From an uncultured Gammaproteobacteria bacterium (GTDB taxonomy: Bacteria > Patescibacteriota > Patescibacteriia > UBA9934): 64,000 nt of DNA. This document shows, in pieces, positions 46,686 through 57,653 of the stretch; positions within the stretch are counted from its first letter, which is position 1, and each line of letters begins with the position of its first letter. The position numbers were made by a program, and so were the translations under genes. The notes below the pieces were generated by a model that did not search any database, was not told the origin of the DNA, and worked only from the letters and a program-made list of their open reading frames with translations. The DNA lies in the NCBI GenBank assembly GCA_964372415.1, contig CAYJQH010000002.1, positions 21,803-85,802 of the forward strand, read 5' to 3'.

Positions 46686-47692
46686 AAAACTCGACCAAAT
46701 TGCAACTTAAACCACTCTCGGTAAGCCGAGCTTTGACGAATCGGCCGCCACCAAGGCTCATTCTTGCGGTACCAGGCGACCATATTCTTAAGTCCTTCAT
46801 CAAAAGTAAAAGCTGGTTGCCAGCCGAGTTCGCGTTGGATTTTTGAGTAATCAATGCTGTAGCGACGATCCTGACCAGGACGATCGTTAATAAACTCGAG
46901 CATGTTTTCGGTTAAGCCCATAGCGTTTAAAAGTATGCGAGCGGTTTCAAGCATACTCATCTCGGAATTGCCTCCCATCATGTAAGTTTCACCAATAACC
47001 CCTTTTTCTAAAATCGCGAGCAACCCCAGGGAATGATCGCGCGCGTGAATCCAATCACGAACCTGACGCCCGTCCCCGTGAATTAATACTGGGTGCCCGT
47101 CTATAAGATTGGTGATAGCAATCGATAAAAACTTTTCGGGGTACAAAAAAGGACCGTAGTTATTGGTGCAGTTTGAAATTGTTGCCTTAAGTCCGTGGGT
47201 ATGGACTGCGGCCCGCACCAAATGATCAGAAGCCGCCTTGGTAGCTGAATATGGGTTACGCGGATCGTACGGTGTTTTTTCGTGAAATTTAGAATCAGTT
47301 GGCCCGAGTGAGCCAAAAACTTCGTCGGTGCTCACGTGGTGCAGGCGCTTACCATGCTTTACACAAGCATCAATAATGCGCTGCGTGCCAAGTACGTTGG
47401 TCAAAATAAAAGGCTCAGCATCAACTATCGAGCGATCAACATGCGTTTCGGCGGCAATATTCACAACCACATCAACCGCGGCCACAAGCTCGTCAACTAT
47501 CTTCTTATCGACAATCGAACCATAAACAAACTTATAACGCGGGTTGGTCTGAATATCCATGGTATTGGCAAGATTGCCCGCATAGGTAAGAGAGTCAAGA
47601 TTGACCACTTCCCAATCCGGGCGTTCGCTCAAAACCGTGCGAATAAAATGGCTGCCAATAAAGCCGCAACCGCCGCTAACCAAAACCTTCAT
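46682..47692 (-). CDS. rfbB: dTDP-glucose 4,6-dehydratase
   Basis: MKVLVSGGCGFIGSHF…YSATKAASDHL… (extended SDR family). Confidence 0.9.
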   Translation of the reverse strand: MKVLVSGGCGFIGSHFIRTVLSERPDWEVVNLDSLTYAGNLANTMDIQTNPRYKFVYGSIVDKKIVDELVAAVDVVVNIAAETHVDRSIVDAEPFILTNVLGTQRIIDACVKHGKRLHHVSTDEVFGSLGPTDSKFHEKTPYDPRNPYSATKAASDHLVRAAVHTHGLKATISNCTNNYGPFLYPEKFLSIAITNLIDGHPVLIHGDGRQVRDWIHARDHSLGLLAILEKGVIGETYMMGGNSEMSMLETARILLNAMGLTENMLEFINDRPGQDRRYSIDYSKIQRELGWQPAFTFDEGLKNMVAWYRKNEPWWRPIRQSSAYREWFKLQFGRVL

Positions 47693-47746
47693 AGCACTCC
47701 GGAGCTTACTTTAGAGAGCTTTTACCCGTCAAATAGCCATTTTCCG

Positions 47747-48151
47747 CTACATCGCTGCCCGTAATGTTGCTCGAGTGGCGGCCAACATGTCTTTTGTCGG
47801 GTGCATTTTAGTAAAAGTTCGTGCCTGTCCCTCATAACGCGGCATGAGGTGCACATGGGTATGCATAACAACTTGGCCGGCGACCTCACCCTCATTCATT
47901 CCGAGGTTATAACCTGTAGCGCTAAGCGCCTGCATAATTTTCGGCGCAATACTATGAATGACTCTCATCACAGCCAGGGCATCCTCCAGACTACCTTGGC
48001 TCAAACATTGGGCATGCGCTTTAGGAACTATTAGCAAATGCCCTTGACTTACCGGATTAATGTCAAGGAAAGCAATAATTTTGTCGTCCTCATAAACTTT
48101 TTCTGCCGGCACTTGACCGTCGATTATTTTACAAAAAAGACATTCAGCCAT
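47747..48151 (-). CDS. HIT-family (histidine triad) nucleotide hydrolase
   Basis: …GQVVMHTHVHLMPR… HxHxHxx motif; 134 aa. Confidence 0.85.
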   Translation of the reverse strand: MAECLFCKIIDGQVPAEKVYEDDKIIAFLDINPVSQGHLLIVPKAHAQCLSQGSLEDALAVMRVIHSIAPKIMQALSATGYNLGMNEGEVAGQVVMHTHVHLMPRYEGQARTFTKMHPTKDMLAATRATLRAAM

Positions 48152-48161
48152 ACAAAAAAAA

Positions 48162-48527
48162 TTAATCTTTTTCTTGTTTGAGTGACCTTACCACATAAAG
48201 CGACGTCCAAGGAAGAATTGCTGTCACTAAAAGCACAAACAGTTCCCAGGCTCCATAAATTAGGCGCACAGATACTACATAACTTACAAGAAGGAGCGTA
48301 AGGCCAAGCGTTAAAACAAAATTCAACGGTCGCAGACGTTGCTTAAAATCAGGTACGCTGGGTAAAAAAATGATTGCCATTAAGCCAAAAGACAAAGTTA
48401 AAAAGAACCAAATTTGGATAGGGAAAACGCGATCAACTATCCCTTTTGTAACTTGAAAATATAACAAACCAAGTAACACGAGTGAAAAAACTATAAACCC
48501 GTTGTAAAAAATTTTACCCATATTCAA
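48162..48527 (-). CDS. Hypothetical small membrane protein (3-4 TM)
   Basis: Hydrophobic 121-aa ORF. 4-nt overlap with the upstream gene. Confidence 0.45.
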   Translation of the reverse strand: MNMGKIFYNGFIVFSLVLLGLLYFQVTKGIVDRVFPIQIWFFLTLSFGLMAIIFLPSVPDFKQRLRPLNFVLTLGLTLLLVSYVVSVRLIYGAWELFVLLVTAILPWTSLYVVRSLKQEKD

Positions 48528-49969
48528 TGAAATAGTACTCGAATTTCGTGGAGATATGGTTCTGTTTCAAAAACCTCAAGTCCAGGCACTGAAATGATAA
48601 ATTTATAACTTCCTTGCTCGCTAGCCAAATCCCATAAGCTCCAGGTGGCACTTGCTATTTGCCAACCATCACTCCTAAGCGACTCTTTAGGCAGACGCGC
48701 ATAAATAGCCTCAGCCTCGAGGACTGCTAAATTAGTGAAAGCATTAATCGAGACTGGGTCGGGGTTAAAGAAGGCATCGGGCGACAATGCGTACTTCCCC
48801 TCCCCCACGATCTTGACGTCACCAACGGGGCTTGAAGCTTGAACAACTCCCGGTTTGTGAATGGCCAGAGCGTACTTTTGCTTAACCTCTTTGATGGCAA
48901 GTTGTTCCTGACCAAAACGTATGGTCTGCAGTCCTTCAGCATGGGCCGTCTCAACAGTTACCCGTTTGGCGTCAGTCACAAAATCCGTGGCTCTAGGTGC
49001 CACTAAAAAGCCTACGTCATCTCCAAGGTAGATTGAATTTTTGAACACAAAATAACTTTGGGCGGTTTCTATGGATCGCCACATGGTATCTGAGGTCCCG
49101 GACAACACAATCCGATACACGCCCTCTGACCAACCATGGCCGATTATTTCAAGCCTCGTTAGCGGTGATTGCTCCTGGTTAGTTGAGATATTTTCGTCGT
49201 CGGCAAAGGATAACGACTTCATGAGGTCACCGTTCTCATTAAAAACTTTGATAAAACCTTCATCACTACCGTAAGTTCGATTAATATCTACAAAAGATGC
49301 AACAAGCCTGAAGTTCTCATTTTTAATGTATGTTAGAGCTTCGTGCGGTCCACGCAAGGCCACGTTCCAGGAGTGGCAACTCGTTTGTCCGCAGGAGGCG
49401 TAATCGTCATCCCTGTAAGGTTGCGGATACGAAGCACGGTATGTGGCCACGTCAGCACGCAGTGGCAAACCGCCTGCAAGTTCAATTCCAGAAACCGGTG
49501 AAATAAAAATTGAATTTCCGTTAGCCAATTCAGTCACTGGCCAAGTTACTTCCTCCAGTATGGAGTTATGCAAAGGCACAAAATCAAAAGCTTGAGCCGA
49601 CAAATCTTTGAGCGCCCCAACTTCTATGATTGAAGCGCCTCGGTCGTCAAAAGCGAGTTCTACTGTTACCTCATCAAACTCGCCGTAGGGCGGGGTCACC
49701 GTGAAATATACCGGCTCGCCCGTTAAAGCCAAGTAGGCGCCGCGTTCGTCATGAAGAACGTCGCTTACCCGGTCGTCAGGGAGTGGCCGATTGATGTACG
49801 GCGAAATTTTTCCTGGACGATACGCCACTTCGCGCTCTCCGGAAGGTGATGTCCAGGACCAAAGCAAATACCCAGCCAAAACCGTGGGAGCAAAAATTAT
49901 GAAGAGAGTTAGGAGACGTGACCAAAACATATTAATGTGCACGTAATCTGTACAAAGACTCTTCGTCAA
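48524..49969 (-). CDS. Hypothetical membrane-anchored extracytoplasmic protein (481 aa)
   Basis: N-terminal TM helix and a large domain with no recognisable motifs. Sits in an operon with the glycosyltransferases. Confidence 0.45.
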   Translation of the reverse strand: MTKSLCTDYVHINMFWSRLLTLFIIFAPTVLAGYLLWSWTSPSGEREVAYRPGKISPYINRPLPDDRVSDVLHDERGAYLALTGEPVYFTVTPPYGEFDEVTVELAFDDRGASIIEVGALKDLSAQAFDFVPLHNSILEEVTWPVTELANGNSIFISPVSGIELAGGLPLRADVATYRASYPQPYRDDDYASCGQTSCHSWNVALRGPHEALTYIKNENFRLVASFVDINRTYGSDEGFIKVFNENGDLMKSLSFADDENISTNQEQSPLTRLEIIGHGWSEGVYRIVLSGTSDTMWRSIETAQSYFVFKNSIYLGDDVGFLVAPRATDFVTDAKRVTVETAHAEGLQTIRFGQEQLAIKEVKQKYALAIHKPGVVQASSPVGDVKIVGEGKYALSPDAFFNPDPVSINAFTNLAVLEAEAIYARLPKESLRSDGWQIASATWSLWDLASEQGSYKFIISVPGLEVFETEPYLHEIRVLFH

Positions 49970-51461
49970 CGGTCAATACTTGTTCGATTAAGACTCCGTA
50001 ATTAAGTAATTTAATCTCACGCAAATACGCAAAATCTTCTTCCGGTAGGGTTATGCCAAAGTAATAAAGCGGGGCGGTTTGATCGAGTTCGGACAAGGCA
50101 TTATAAGTCTCTTCACTTCTAAGTGGCGTCACCACGCGACGATACGGAAAAAGATATTTATCAGCTCGATCAACAATAATAATCGCCTGCTCTTCGGTGT
50201 TCAGGAGAATAATTTCCCGTTTCTTAGCGAACGAATCTAGTGCGGCACGAGTTGGTACAAACCCGTCATGGCCAAAAAAGACTAGCTGCGCTGAGAGCGT
50301 AAAGCATAACCCAAGCACAGCTAGCGCTCCCCATTTATACTTTGACCACAAGACAGTCGTCGCCTGCGCGGCATAAAGAGAAGCCACCACAAAAATCGGC
50401 AACCAGTACCTAACATGAGAGTTGGCTAGGCTCGCAATCGTTGGGTCGGGATTATCGACCGTGAGCCAACTACCGTACAGCACAATGAGCCAAAGCGAAA
50501 TTGCCGCCCCAAGTGCTATAGCCACTTGCCATCGACGGTCGCTTAGCTCACGAGTCAGTATAACCATGACGAGACCCAAAATGGCGGGTATTGTCATCCA
50601 CGGATAAAGGCCAAAAACATAGTCACGAAGGTTCTTAAGGATGTTCATCTCATGGAAACCAAACGGCAGAACGAGCGACCAGGGACTGGATTCTGCAAGC
50701 GAAGTCTCAAGCGCGCCTCCCGTAATTTCATATGCATAATGCGCAGTGTAGCCAGTCGTAAATAAACTGCCAAAAGTTGCTTGTTGAGTAACTAGCATGA
50801 GTATGATTGGAGGTAAAATTCCAAAAACAATCGGTAGAACCCGTGTTCGTGTTACGAGCGCAAGTGTAATGGCGCTAGGCACAAGCCACCACGCTTCAAC
50901 CGGTCTTATAAAAAGCGCCATGCCAAGGCAGAGACCGCTCGCAACTAGCCAACGTTGTCCTTTGCTACCGAACCATAAAGCAAAAACAATAAAAGCTAAA
51001 AACGCTACATTGTGCATCATGACTCGTCCGGTGTAGTACCAAAAGGCGGGGTGGATAGCCAAAAAAAACGCCGCCAAATTTGCTAGAAGTTGATTGCTGA
51101 AAACTTTCTGAATAAAATCTCGCCAGGCGAAAATAGCCAAAATCGCAAGCAGCGGTGTCACGATGAACATGCTGTAGGAACCAAAAATGGCTGCGACGGT
51201 TCCGGTCAAGACCAAAAAACCCAAAAAACCACCCGGGACGATACTGGCTCCAAAACCAAGAGCGCTCCTAGGATGTAACAGTCCAGCGAAGTTTTCATTA
51301 AGCGGCTCAGGAATAACTAAGGAACCGGTTTTGGCCAAAGTGCGAGCAAACACAAAAGCGGCGTTTTCGTCGGGTGAGACGAAAACGTCACCTTTAACCA
51401 ACCAAAACAAGGTCAATCCGTAAAAGACAAGGAGACAGGCAACAATTATCTTTTTAGCCAT
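49932..51461 (-). CDS. GT-C fold membrane glycosyltransferase (ArnT/PMT-like, polyprenyl-phosphate-sugar dependent)
   Basis: 509 aa and 11 or more TM helices. The N-terminal loop motif …VSPDENAAF… is typical of GT-C enzymes. Confidence 0.6.
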   Translation of the reverse strand: MAKKIIVACLLVFYGLTLFWLVKGDVFVSPDENAAFVFARTLAKTGSLVIPEPLNENFAGLLHPRSALGFGASIVPGGFLGFLVLTGTVAAIFGSYSMFIVTPLLAILAIFAWRDFIQKVFSNQLLANLAAFFLAIHPAFWYYTGRVMMHNVAFLAFIVFALWFGSKGQRWLVASGLCLGMALFIRPVEAWWLVPSAITLALVTRTRVLPIVFGILPPIILMLVTQQATFGSLFTTGYTAHYAYEITGGALETSLAESSPWSLVLPFGFHEMNILKNLRDYVFGLYPWMTIPAILGLVMVILTRELSDRRWQVAIALGAAISLWLIVLYGSWLTVDNPDPTIASLANSHVRYWLPIFVVASLYAAQATTVLWSKYKWGALAVLGLCFTLSAQLVFFGHDGFVPTRAALDSFAKKREIILLNTEEQAIIIVDRADKYLFPYRRVVTPLRSEETYNALSELDQTAPLYYFGITLPEEDFAYLREIKLLNYGVLIEQVLTVDEESLYRLRAH

Positions 51462-51465
51462 AACC

Positions 51466-52050
51466 CTATAACGAATACGTCATTACCGCGACGAGCGCAA
51501 ATACCAAGGACACCGCAAGAATTCCTTCACCAAAAATTATGAGTTCAGGCAGCCCGAGGGCTAAGCCAAGTAGTAAACAAGTAAATGAAGTGAATTGCAG
51601 GAACATTTTTAACTTACCCCATACGTTGGCCATCATGACCGTGCCTACATAACGAGTCGACGCCCAACGCAGTGAAGGCAGGATATCCAAAACGATGGCG
51701 CTAAAAATAATTATTGGATGGTAATACAGAAGTCCAAGAAGTATCGCAATAGAACCAATAAGCAATTTGTCGGCGATTGGATCAAAAAAAATGCCCCACG
51801 GAGTGATTTTGTTGCGTACCCTGGCGAGAGAGCCGTCAATAGCGTCGGTGAAGGCCGTAAAAATAAAAAGTGGCACACCGTAAAGATAGTTCTCAACAAA
51901 CAAAAGCCAAAGCACGAGCGGGGTCAACAAAAAACGCAGAGCCGTTACATGGTTGGGCTGCACCGCCTCCGGGATAAATGGCAAAACAATAAGCCGCATG
52001 ATACGGTCATGCGGAAGTAATTTGGAAGACCGGGTATTTTCTTTCTGCAT
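51466..52050 (-). CDS. CDP-alcohol phosphatidyltransferase family protein
   Basis: DAIDGSLAR…G…DPIADK, i.e. the D-x2-DG-x2-AR…G-x3-D-x3-D motif. Confidence 0.8.
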   Translation of the reverse strand: MQKENTRSSKLLPHDRIMRLIVLPFIPEAVQPNHVTALRFLLTPLVLWLLFVENYLYGVPLFIFTAFTDAIDGSLARVRNKITPWGIFFDPIADKLLIGSIAILLGLLYYHPIIIFSAIVLDILPSLRWASTRYVGTVMMANVWGKLKMFLQFTSFTCLLLGLALGLPELIIFGEGILAVSLVFALVAVMTYSL

Positions 52051-52083
52051 GCTATCATTCTAGCAAATCTTGGCGCAAAATAC

Positions 52084-53940
52084 ATGATTGCCCGTACCGT
52101 CAGTCTGTTTCTGGCTCTGGTTAGCCTCATCGGCTGCGCTTTTTATTATACGTCTAAACTCACCACGCCGATACTTGTCATAACGCTTCTCCTTGCCCTG
52201 CTCGTCACCTTACTTATTACCCTTAAAAAACCTGGACTTAAAGTAACACCCTTAAAATTACGACTAACCACTCTTGAGGGAATTATTGGCGCCAGCGGTC
52301 TGTTTTGTCTTATCTTGTGGTGGCTGCAAATTTTTCCGTTGCGTGAAGCTTTCCTTAACCAAGCCCACCGCACCCTCTGGGATGTAGTCAACCCGGAATA
52401 TCTTTTTCTTATTGCTCTTGCCTGGTGGTGCGTTTTACTTCTCGCCTACCGCGCCTCATGGCTCGCTTGGCCGCTTGCCAGTCTTACGCTTTTTAGCGGC
52501 GTTGCTCTGGCCGCCTCGCTCTTTCCGCTAGGTTTTGGCTTTGACCCATTCATTCATCGAGCAACCATTGAACACCTTGCAAATTTTGGAACGATCACTC
52601 CTAAACCGCTTTATTACATTGGGCAATACGTGCTTGAACTCATTGCCGTCAAGCTCTTTTTTATACCCCTTAACGTGGTTGATAGTCTGCTCGTTCCAGT
52701 GCTGTTTTCGGTTCTCGTTCCACTTTTTCTTATTGGGCAACGTCAACCGATTGTCTTAGCCACACTTGTCTTAATACCTCTTGGAATCTTTGTCCAAACC
52801 ACCCCCATGGCTTTGGCGCTTCTTTGGACCTTATTAACAGTACTTGCACCGCGAGAGCCTAAGTATCTGCCAGCTATTTTGTCACTCGCCGCGCTCCTCA
52901 CTCATCCGCTTACTGGCATACCCGCTGTTATTTACGTGGTCTTACTCACGGGTGATGAGTTTATTACCCACCGTTATCTTCGTCAGGCATTTCGGGCTGT
53001 AATTTTTACAGTGTCTAGCTTAGCTATTCCTCTGGCCTTTGTAATTCAAGCAAAAATTTCTGGTTTAGCTTTAAACTTCGATTTTGGGCATTTGTTCGCC
53101 TGGACTGAATTGCCGCTAACGAGTTTTATAGGCACGCACTGGCAAGTCTTTGGCGACCTCGCCTACACTTTCATAAAAAACTCCCAGATATTCTTGGTTA
53201 TCTTAGCAATACTTACTCTCGTTATGGTTCCGGCTAGCCGCCGCCTGGCTACGCCCAATATTCTCATCGCTGCCTCGCTCCTCGTAAGTTTTATTGTGCT
53301 CAGTCTGGGCTTTGATTTCAGGTTTCTTATTTCTTATGAACGAACAGATTTTGCCTTACGACTCCTAGGCATCACGCTCCTTTTTTTGATCCCCATACTT
53401 CGTGATGGTGTGGTCGCCTTATTTGATCGAGTAAAACCCTTTCCGGCTCTGACCTTGGGAATTGTAGGACTAAGTACCATGATGTTCGCCGCCTTCACTT
53501 ATGGCGCCTATCCGAGGCACGATAACTACGCCCGTTCAGCCGGCTTCAATGTAACAACACTCGACTTAGCCACCGTTCACGCTATAGACAATTACCAAAC
53601 GGGAGAGGAATATGCAGTCCTTGCGGATCAGGCACTATCAGCGGCGGCGATTAGAGAATTCGGTTTTGTTAAATATTATCCCGGCGATATCTTTTACTAT
53701 CCTGTACCAACCGGTGGGCCACTTTACGCTATCTACCTTGATCTTGTAGAAAACGGACCTGAACTACAAAAAATTGAACAAGCCATGGAACTTACTGGCG
53801 TTGATCTAGTGTTCTTTGCCATTCATGGATATTGGTGGCAAGCTGACCGTCTAATTGAAAACACTAAACCTCTGGCTCGTGACTGGTTTGCTTTTGGCCA
53901 AGGCGAGCAAGGCATCACGATTTTTGTTTTCTCACGCTAA
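52084..53940 (+). CDS. Large polytopic membrane protein (618 aa), possible GT-C-like or polymerase-like enzyme with a C-terminal soluble domain
   Basis: About 14 TM helices and a ~150-aa soluble tail. No firm family assignment. Confidence 0.45.
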   Translation: MIARTVSLFLALVSLIGCAFYYTSKLTTPILVITLLLALLVTLLITLKKPGLKVTPLKLRLTTLEGIIGASGLFCLILWWLQIFPLREAFLNQAHRTLWDVVNPEYLFLIALAWWCVLLLAYRASWLAWPLASLTLFSGVALAASLFPLGFGFDPFIHRATIEHLANFGTITPKPLYYIGQYVLELIAVKLFFIPLNVVDSLLVPVLFSVLVPLFLIGQRQPIVLATLVLIPLGIFVQTTPMALALLWTLLTVLAPREPKYLPAILSLAALLTHPLTGIPAVIYVVLLTGDEFITHRYLRQAFRAVIFTVSSLAIPLAFVIQAKISGLALNFDFGHLFAWTELPLTSFIGTHWQVFGDLAYTFIKNSQIFLVILAILTLVMVPASRRLATPNILIAASLLVSFIVLSLGFDFRFLISYERTDFALRLLGITLLFLIPILRDGVVALFDRVKPFPALTLGIVGLSTMMFAAFTYGAYPRHDNYARSAGFNVTTLDLATVHAIDNYQTGEEYAVLADQALSAAAIREFGFVKYYPGDIFYYPVPTGGPLYAIYLDLVENGPELQKIEQAMELTGVDLVFFAIHGYWWQADRLIENTKPLARDWFAFGQGEQGITIFVFSR

Positions 53941-55155
53941 GCGGCGCTCCCGTTTTTTTTGAACCTGCTTAACAATCAACTGTAAAAAGGTATCGGTGTA
54001 ATTGGGAAGGGCGTAAGGAATCACACTTTTAGCTATCTCCTCCGTATTTTTAAGATACTCCTCTTTTTTTTGATTTATCACCTGGGCTGCACGTAAAAAA
54101 TCCTCTTTGTTGCCGGGGGTAAAAAGCTCACCGGTTTTCCCTTCAGTCACGAGCTCGCCAACGCCGCCAATCCGCGAGGCCAAAACCGGCACACCGGCGC
54201 TAAGCGATTCGTAAATAACTGTAGGCGAATTCTCGTAGCACAAAGACGGCACAACTGTGGCGTGAACAATGGCAAAAAGTTTTTGAATCTCTTGAGACGT
54301 CATGTAACCTAAAAATCTTATCCGGTGATCTTTTGCTGCATATTCTTCCACAGTGCTTCTAAGCGGTCCATCGCCAATAATAAGTAACGTCGTATCTTGC
54401 GGCAATTGGGAAAACATTTCCAAAAGAAACATTACACCTTTGTGAGTCGCCAATTGACCGGCAAATAAGAGTCGCAAGCCACTCGCCCGGCTCAAGTCGC
54501 GTTGCACCATGCTGTAACTTGGTCCTGGATTCCTAAGTACTATCGTTTCACTCTCTTCAAAAAAGCCGTAATTCAGATACATGGTGCGTAAGTATTCTGA
54601 AGGCGAAATGACTAGTTCTGGCCTGCCCATAGCTCGCCGACACAAGGCCCGGTAGACGGCATAAAAGGGCCACACATACCAAGGCAGCCGCTCACGGCCA
54701 AACATCAAAAGACCCGAGGGAAAAAGTAGCTGAACGTCGTGCAAAACATGAATGTGTGGAATATTTTCCCTCTGAATAATGAGCGGAACGTTTATCCCAA
54801 GACCCTTGAGGTTGTGAGTGATTACGATGTCAGGTGATTCCTGACGCAAGATTTGCTTAATTATCCCACTGCTTCGCAAGCTTAAGGTGTCAATCACGTG
54901 CCACAACAATCTTAGCCACTTGGGATATTTGTAATCATGCGAAGTAAAGTAAATATTGGTTGGAAAAAACCTGTAAATACGTTCCGAGCTCGCATCGTCC
55001 ATAGTGAAACGTTCAACCGAACCTCTGGGCTGACCAGTGATAACAAAAACATCGTGCCCGCGAGCGACTAATTCCTCTACGGTGCGAACTATAACGTTTT
55101 CTGCGCCGCCGCGAGCGTAAGGCGGATAAAGATTTGTGATTATGCCAATTTTCAT
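53932..55155 (-). CDS. Glycosyltransferase family 4
   Basis: MKIGIITNLYPPYARGGAENV…, with a C-terminal E-x7-E-like GT4 region. Confidence 0.8.
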   Translation of the reverse strand: MKIGIITNLYPPYARGGAENVIVRTVEELVARGHDVFVITGQPRGSVERFTMDDASSERIYRFFPTNIYFTSHDYKYPKWLRLLWHVIDTLSLRSSGIIKQILRQESPDIVITHNLKGLGINVPLIIQRENIPHIHVLHDVQLLFPSGLLMFGRERLPWYVWPFYAVYRALCRRAMGRPELVISPSEYLRTMYLNYGFFEESETIVLRNPGPSYSMVQRDLSRASGLRLLFAGQLATHKGVMFLLEMFSQLPQDTTLLIIGDGPLRSTVEEYAAKDHRIRFLGYMTSQEIQKLFAIVHATVVPSLCYENSPTVIYESLSAGVPVLASRIGGVGELVTEGKTGELFTPGNKEDFLRAAQVINQKKEEYLKNTEEIAKSVIPYALPNYTDTFLQLIVKQVQKKRERRLA

Positions 55156-56222
55156 ACCGTCCGCAATGAGTTGTACAAAGGCAACAAATTTTCTGCAAGC
55201 TTCTCCCGACTATAAAGCACTAATGTTCTATCTCTTGCAGCCTGACCAAGACGTGCACACAAAACTTCATCTTCAAGTAATCTTTTAAGCGCGCCAGCGA
55301 GCGCATCAGGGTCTTTTGGCGGCACCACCAAGCCTGTTTCTTCTGGCACAACTACCGTGCGCACCCCCGGCAAGTCAACCACAATCGAGGGCACGCCGCT
55401 TGCTGCGGCCTCAAGGGTAACTAAGCCGAAGGCTTCGTTCATCGCTACCGAGGGCAAAACGTGCACCTGAGCTTCGCGAACAATTGATGGCAAATCGCGA
55501 TCACTGATATTGCCCAAAAATCTAACCCGGTCGCTAATGCCGAGAGTCATGGCCAACTGCTCATACACTGGTCTTAGATCGCCCTCGCCAACAATAACCA
55601 GGTTCCAAGGCACGCTTGATGACAGCTGCCACATTGATTGCAGGAGCACGTCAACCCCCTTAAAATCATGAGCCGTATCTAAGCCGCCAATAAACAAGAC
55701 GATTCGCTTGTCTAAGGGTATTTGAAAACGCTCCCTAATTTTTAAGTCACGTCCTGGAAAAAAACGAGCGACCTCAACGCTGAGCGGCCGTTCAACCATT
55801 CTGGGGTGACGAAGGCCAATGGCTCTGGCGTAATCAAACGAACTCACCAAGATCATTTTTGCTAGACGTAAAATTATCGGTTCCAAAAAAATTCGGTGCA
55901 GATGAAAAATAATTCCCCGGTAATCTTTAGCGCTAGGCGCCATGTGATAAGTAACAATAAGTGGCGTGTGAAAAAAAAGACTGGCTAGTGCCGCAAAAAT
56001 GTCGCTCCCGTAGAACGGATAGTGAAGATGAATAAAATCAAAACCTCTTAACTGCCAAAGTAACTGCGGCATGACGGCCGCGTTACCAAAATTTCGTTTT
56101 TTGGGAACAATAACCGAGACCTCAAGGCCAGAAGCGCGTAAAGCCTCAACGTCAGCTGCCGCCACTGCCCCCATACCGCCACGGTATGGTGGATAAACAG
56201 GCGTGATTATTGCTACCCGCAT
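55152..56222 (-). CDS. Glycosyltransferase family 4
   Basis: MRVAIITPVYPPYRGGMG… is the likelier start. The ORF track extends to 56282. Confidence 0.8.
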   Translation of the reverse strand: MRVAIITPVYPPYRGGMGAVAAADVEALRASGLEVSVIVPKKRNFGNAAVMPQLLWQLRGFDFIHLHYPFYGSDIFAALASLFFHTPLIVTYHMAPSAKDYRGIIFHLHRIFLEPIILRLAKMILVSSFDYARAIGLRHPRMVERPLSVEVARFFPGRDLKIRERFQIPLDKRIVLFIGGLDTAHDFKGVDVLLQSMWQLSSSVPWNLVIVGEGDLRPVYEQLAMTLGISDRVRFLGNISDRDLPSIVREAQVHVLPSVAMNEAFGLVTLEAAASGVPSIVVDLPGVRTVVVPEETGLVVPPKDPDALAGALKRLLEDEVLCARLGQAARDRTLVLYSREKLAENLLPLYNSLRTV

Positions 56223-56223
56223 A

Positions 56224-57303
56224 TTACCAGCGTACTCCGGCTCGCAGGACTTTGAACAGTCTGTCCATGAGCGGATTAGCAAACTTTTGCAACAAACTGT
56301 TCTCTGTCTCTTGATACTCTATACGGCCGGTGAAAAATCGTAATAGTTCTTGGTCAGAAATTTTCCGCAACTTCTGTACTCGACAACGCATAGCGCATAG
56401 CAGGTTCCAGCTAGAGGGCTTAAACCATTGTGCACTAGCCCAGACTTTTGCCCTAAACCAACCGCCCCGTATAGCCATAAGCCATGAACCGCAATTAATG
56501 GCTAAGATGAGTGGGGCAAAAATTATTAAGGTGCGGTAACGAAAATACGACAAGATCACAATCATCCGATACAGTTCCATCCAGGCAAACTTTTTTGGAT
56601 TACGCGAAAAGTGATAATCATGAAAGGCAGAGGCCTGAGTCGCTAGAAGGTTCTTATAACCGGCAAGCCTAAGCCTTAGCCCTAGCTCAAGATCTTCGTG
56701 ATACATAAAAAATCCTTCCTCTAAAAGTCCCACTTCACGAAGAGCCGCAGCCCTATACAATACCGCGGCGCCGCTTGCATAGGTGATCTCTTCCCCATCC
56801 TTAACTGCCACCTCGCTCATGAGGCGGCCATTATCACGAGCGTAACCGTAGCCAGCAATGTGTACCATGCCACCTGACACATTAACCTTTTCTGGCTGGG
56901 GCCAATAACGAATCAAGCATTGAACCGAACCTACCCGCGGATCATGTTGAGCAAGTTCCACGAGCTTGGTTATTGACTCGGGAGCTAAGCGCAGATCTCC
57001 GTTGTGCAAAAAAACATAGTCGAATTCCTGATTAAGCGCCCAGCGTATGCCAAGATTATTACCCTTGCCAAAACCATGATTTATTCCGTCATTTAACAAT
57101 TTAATTTCAGGCAAATCTTTGCCGCTACGTGGTATAACATCTCTTTCTATGACTTCAACCACGTTGTCACTAGAACCATTTGGTATAAAAATCAAGGTCA
57201 AACAATCCTTAGGGTATTGAAGTTTGGCGATAGCAGCGACAACCTCCGGCACGTACTGCACTGTGCCGTGGCAAATATAAATAATAGCAACCCGCGGCAT
57301 CAT
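56224..57303 (-). CDS. Glycosyltransferase family 2
   Basis: …VAIIYICHG…GKGNNLG…DYVFLHNGD…; GT-A fold with DxD. Confidence 0.75.
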   Translation of the reverse strand: MMPRVAIIYICHGTVQYVPEVVAAIAKLQYPKDCLTLIFIPNGSSDNVVEVIERDVIPRSGKDLPEIKLLNDGINHGFGKGNNLGIRWALNQEFDYVFLHNGDLRLAPESITKLVELAQHDPRVGSVQCLIRYWPQPEKVNVSGGMVHIAGYGYARDNGRLMSEVAVKDGEEITYASGAAVLYRAAALREVGLLEEGFFMYHEDLELGLRLRLAGYKNLLATQASAFHDYHFSRNPKKFAWMELYRMIVILSYFRYRTLIIFAPLILAINCGSWLMAIRGGWFRAKVWASAQWFKPSSWNLLCAMRCRVQKLRKISDQELLRFFTGRIEYQETENSLLQKFANPLMDRLFKVLRAGVRW

Positions 57304-57653
57304 ACCTTTTTAAGCTCTTTCTCCCCTTCCAAAATCGCCAGGTGACTAACCAAATCGGTTAGTTCGCGTTGCAGTTGATGCTGCCTAATAAGCACGCGGT
57401 GATATGACCAAATGAGACCCAAAATTGCGAGGTATATCAACAGATCAGCGCCCCGTCCTACACCCACAAAGCGAGCCAAGATATCGGTCCACTCAGGCAC
57501 GACCGCCACCACAATCACGAGCGTCCAGACAATCATCATGAGGGCCAGCCAATATTTAGACACCTGTCTTGCGCTGTATTGCGAGACGGTGCGGCCAATA
57601 GCCAATAGGGAAAAGAGAACTAAAAAAATCTTAAACACCATATTAGCCAACAA
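57300..57653 (-). CDS. DUF2304-like small membrane protein associated with GT2 enzymes
   Basis: 117 aa and 3-4 TM helices. Sits between two GT2 genes, as in GtrB-type loci. Confidence 0.5.
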   Translation of the reverse strand: MLANMVFKIFLVLFSLLAIGRTVSQYSARQVSKYWLALMMIVWTLVIVVAVVPEWTDILARFVGVGRGADLLIYLAILGLIWSYHRVLIRQHQLQRELTDLVSHLAILEGEKELKKV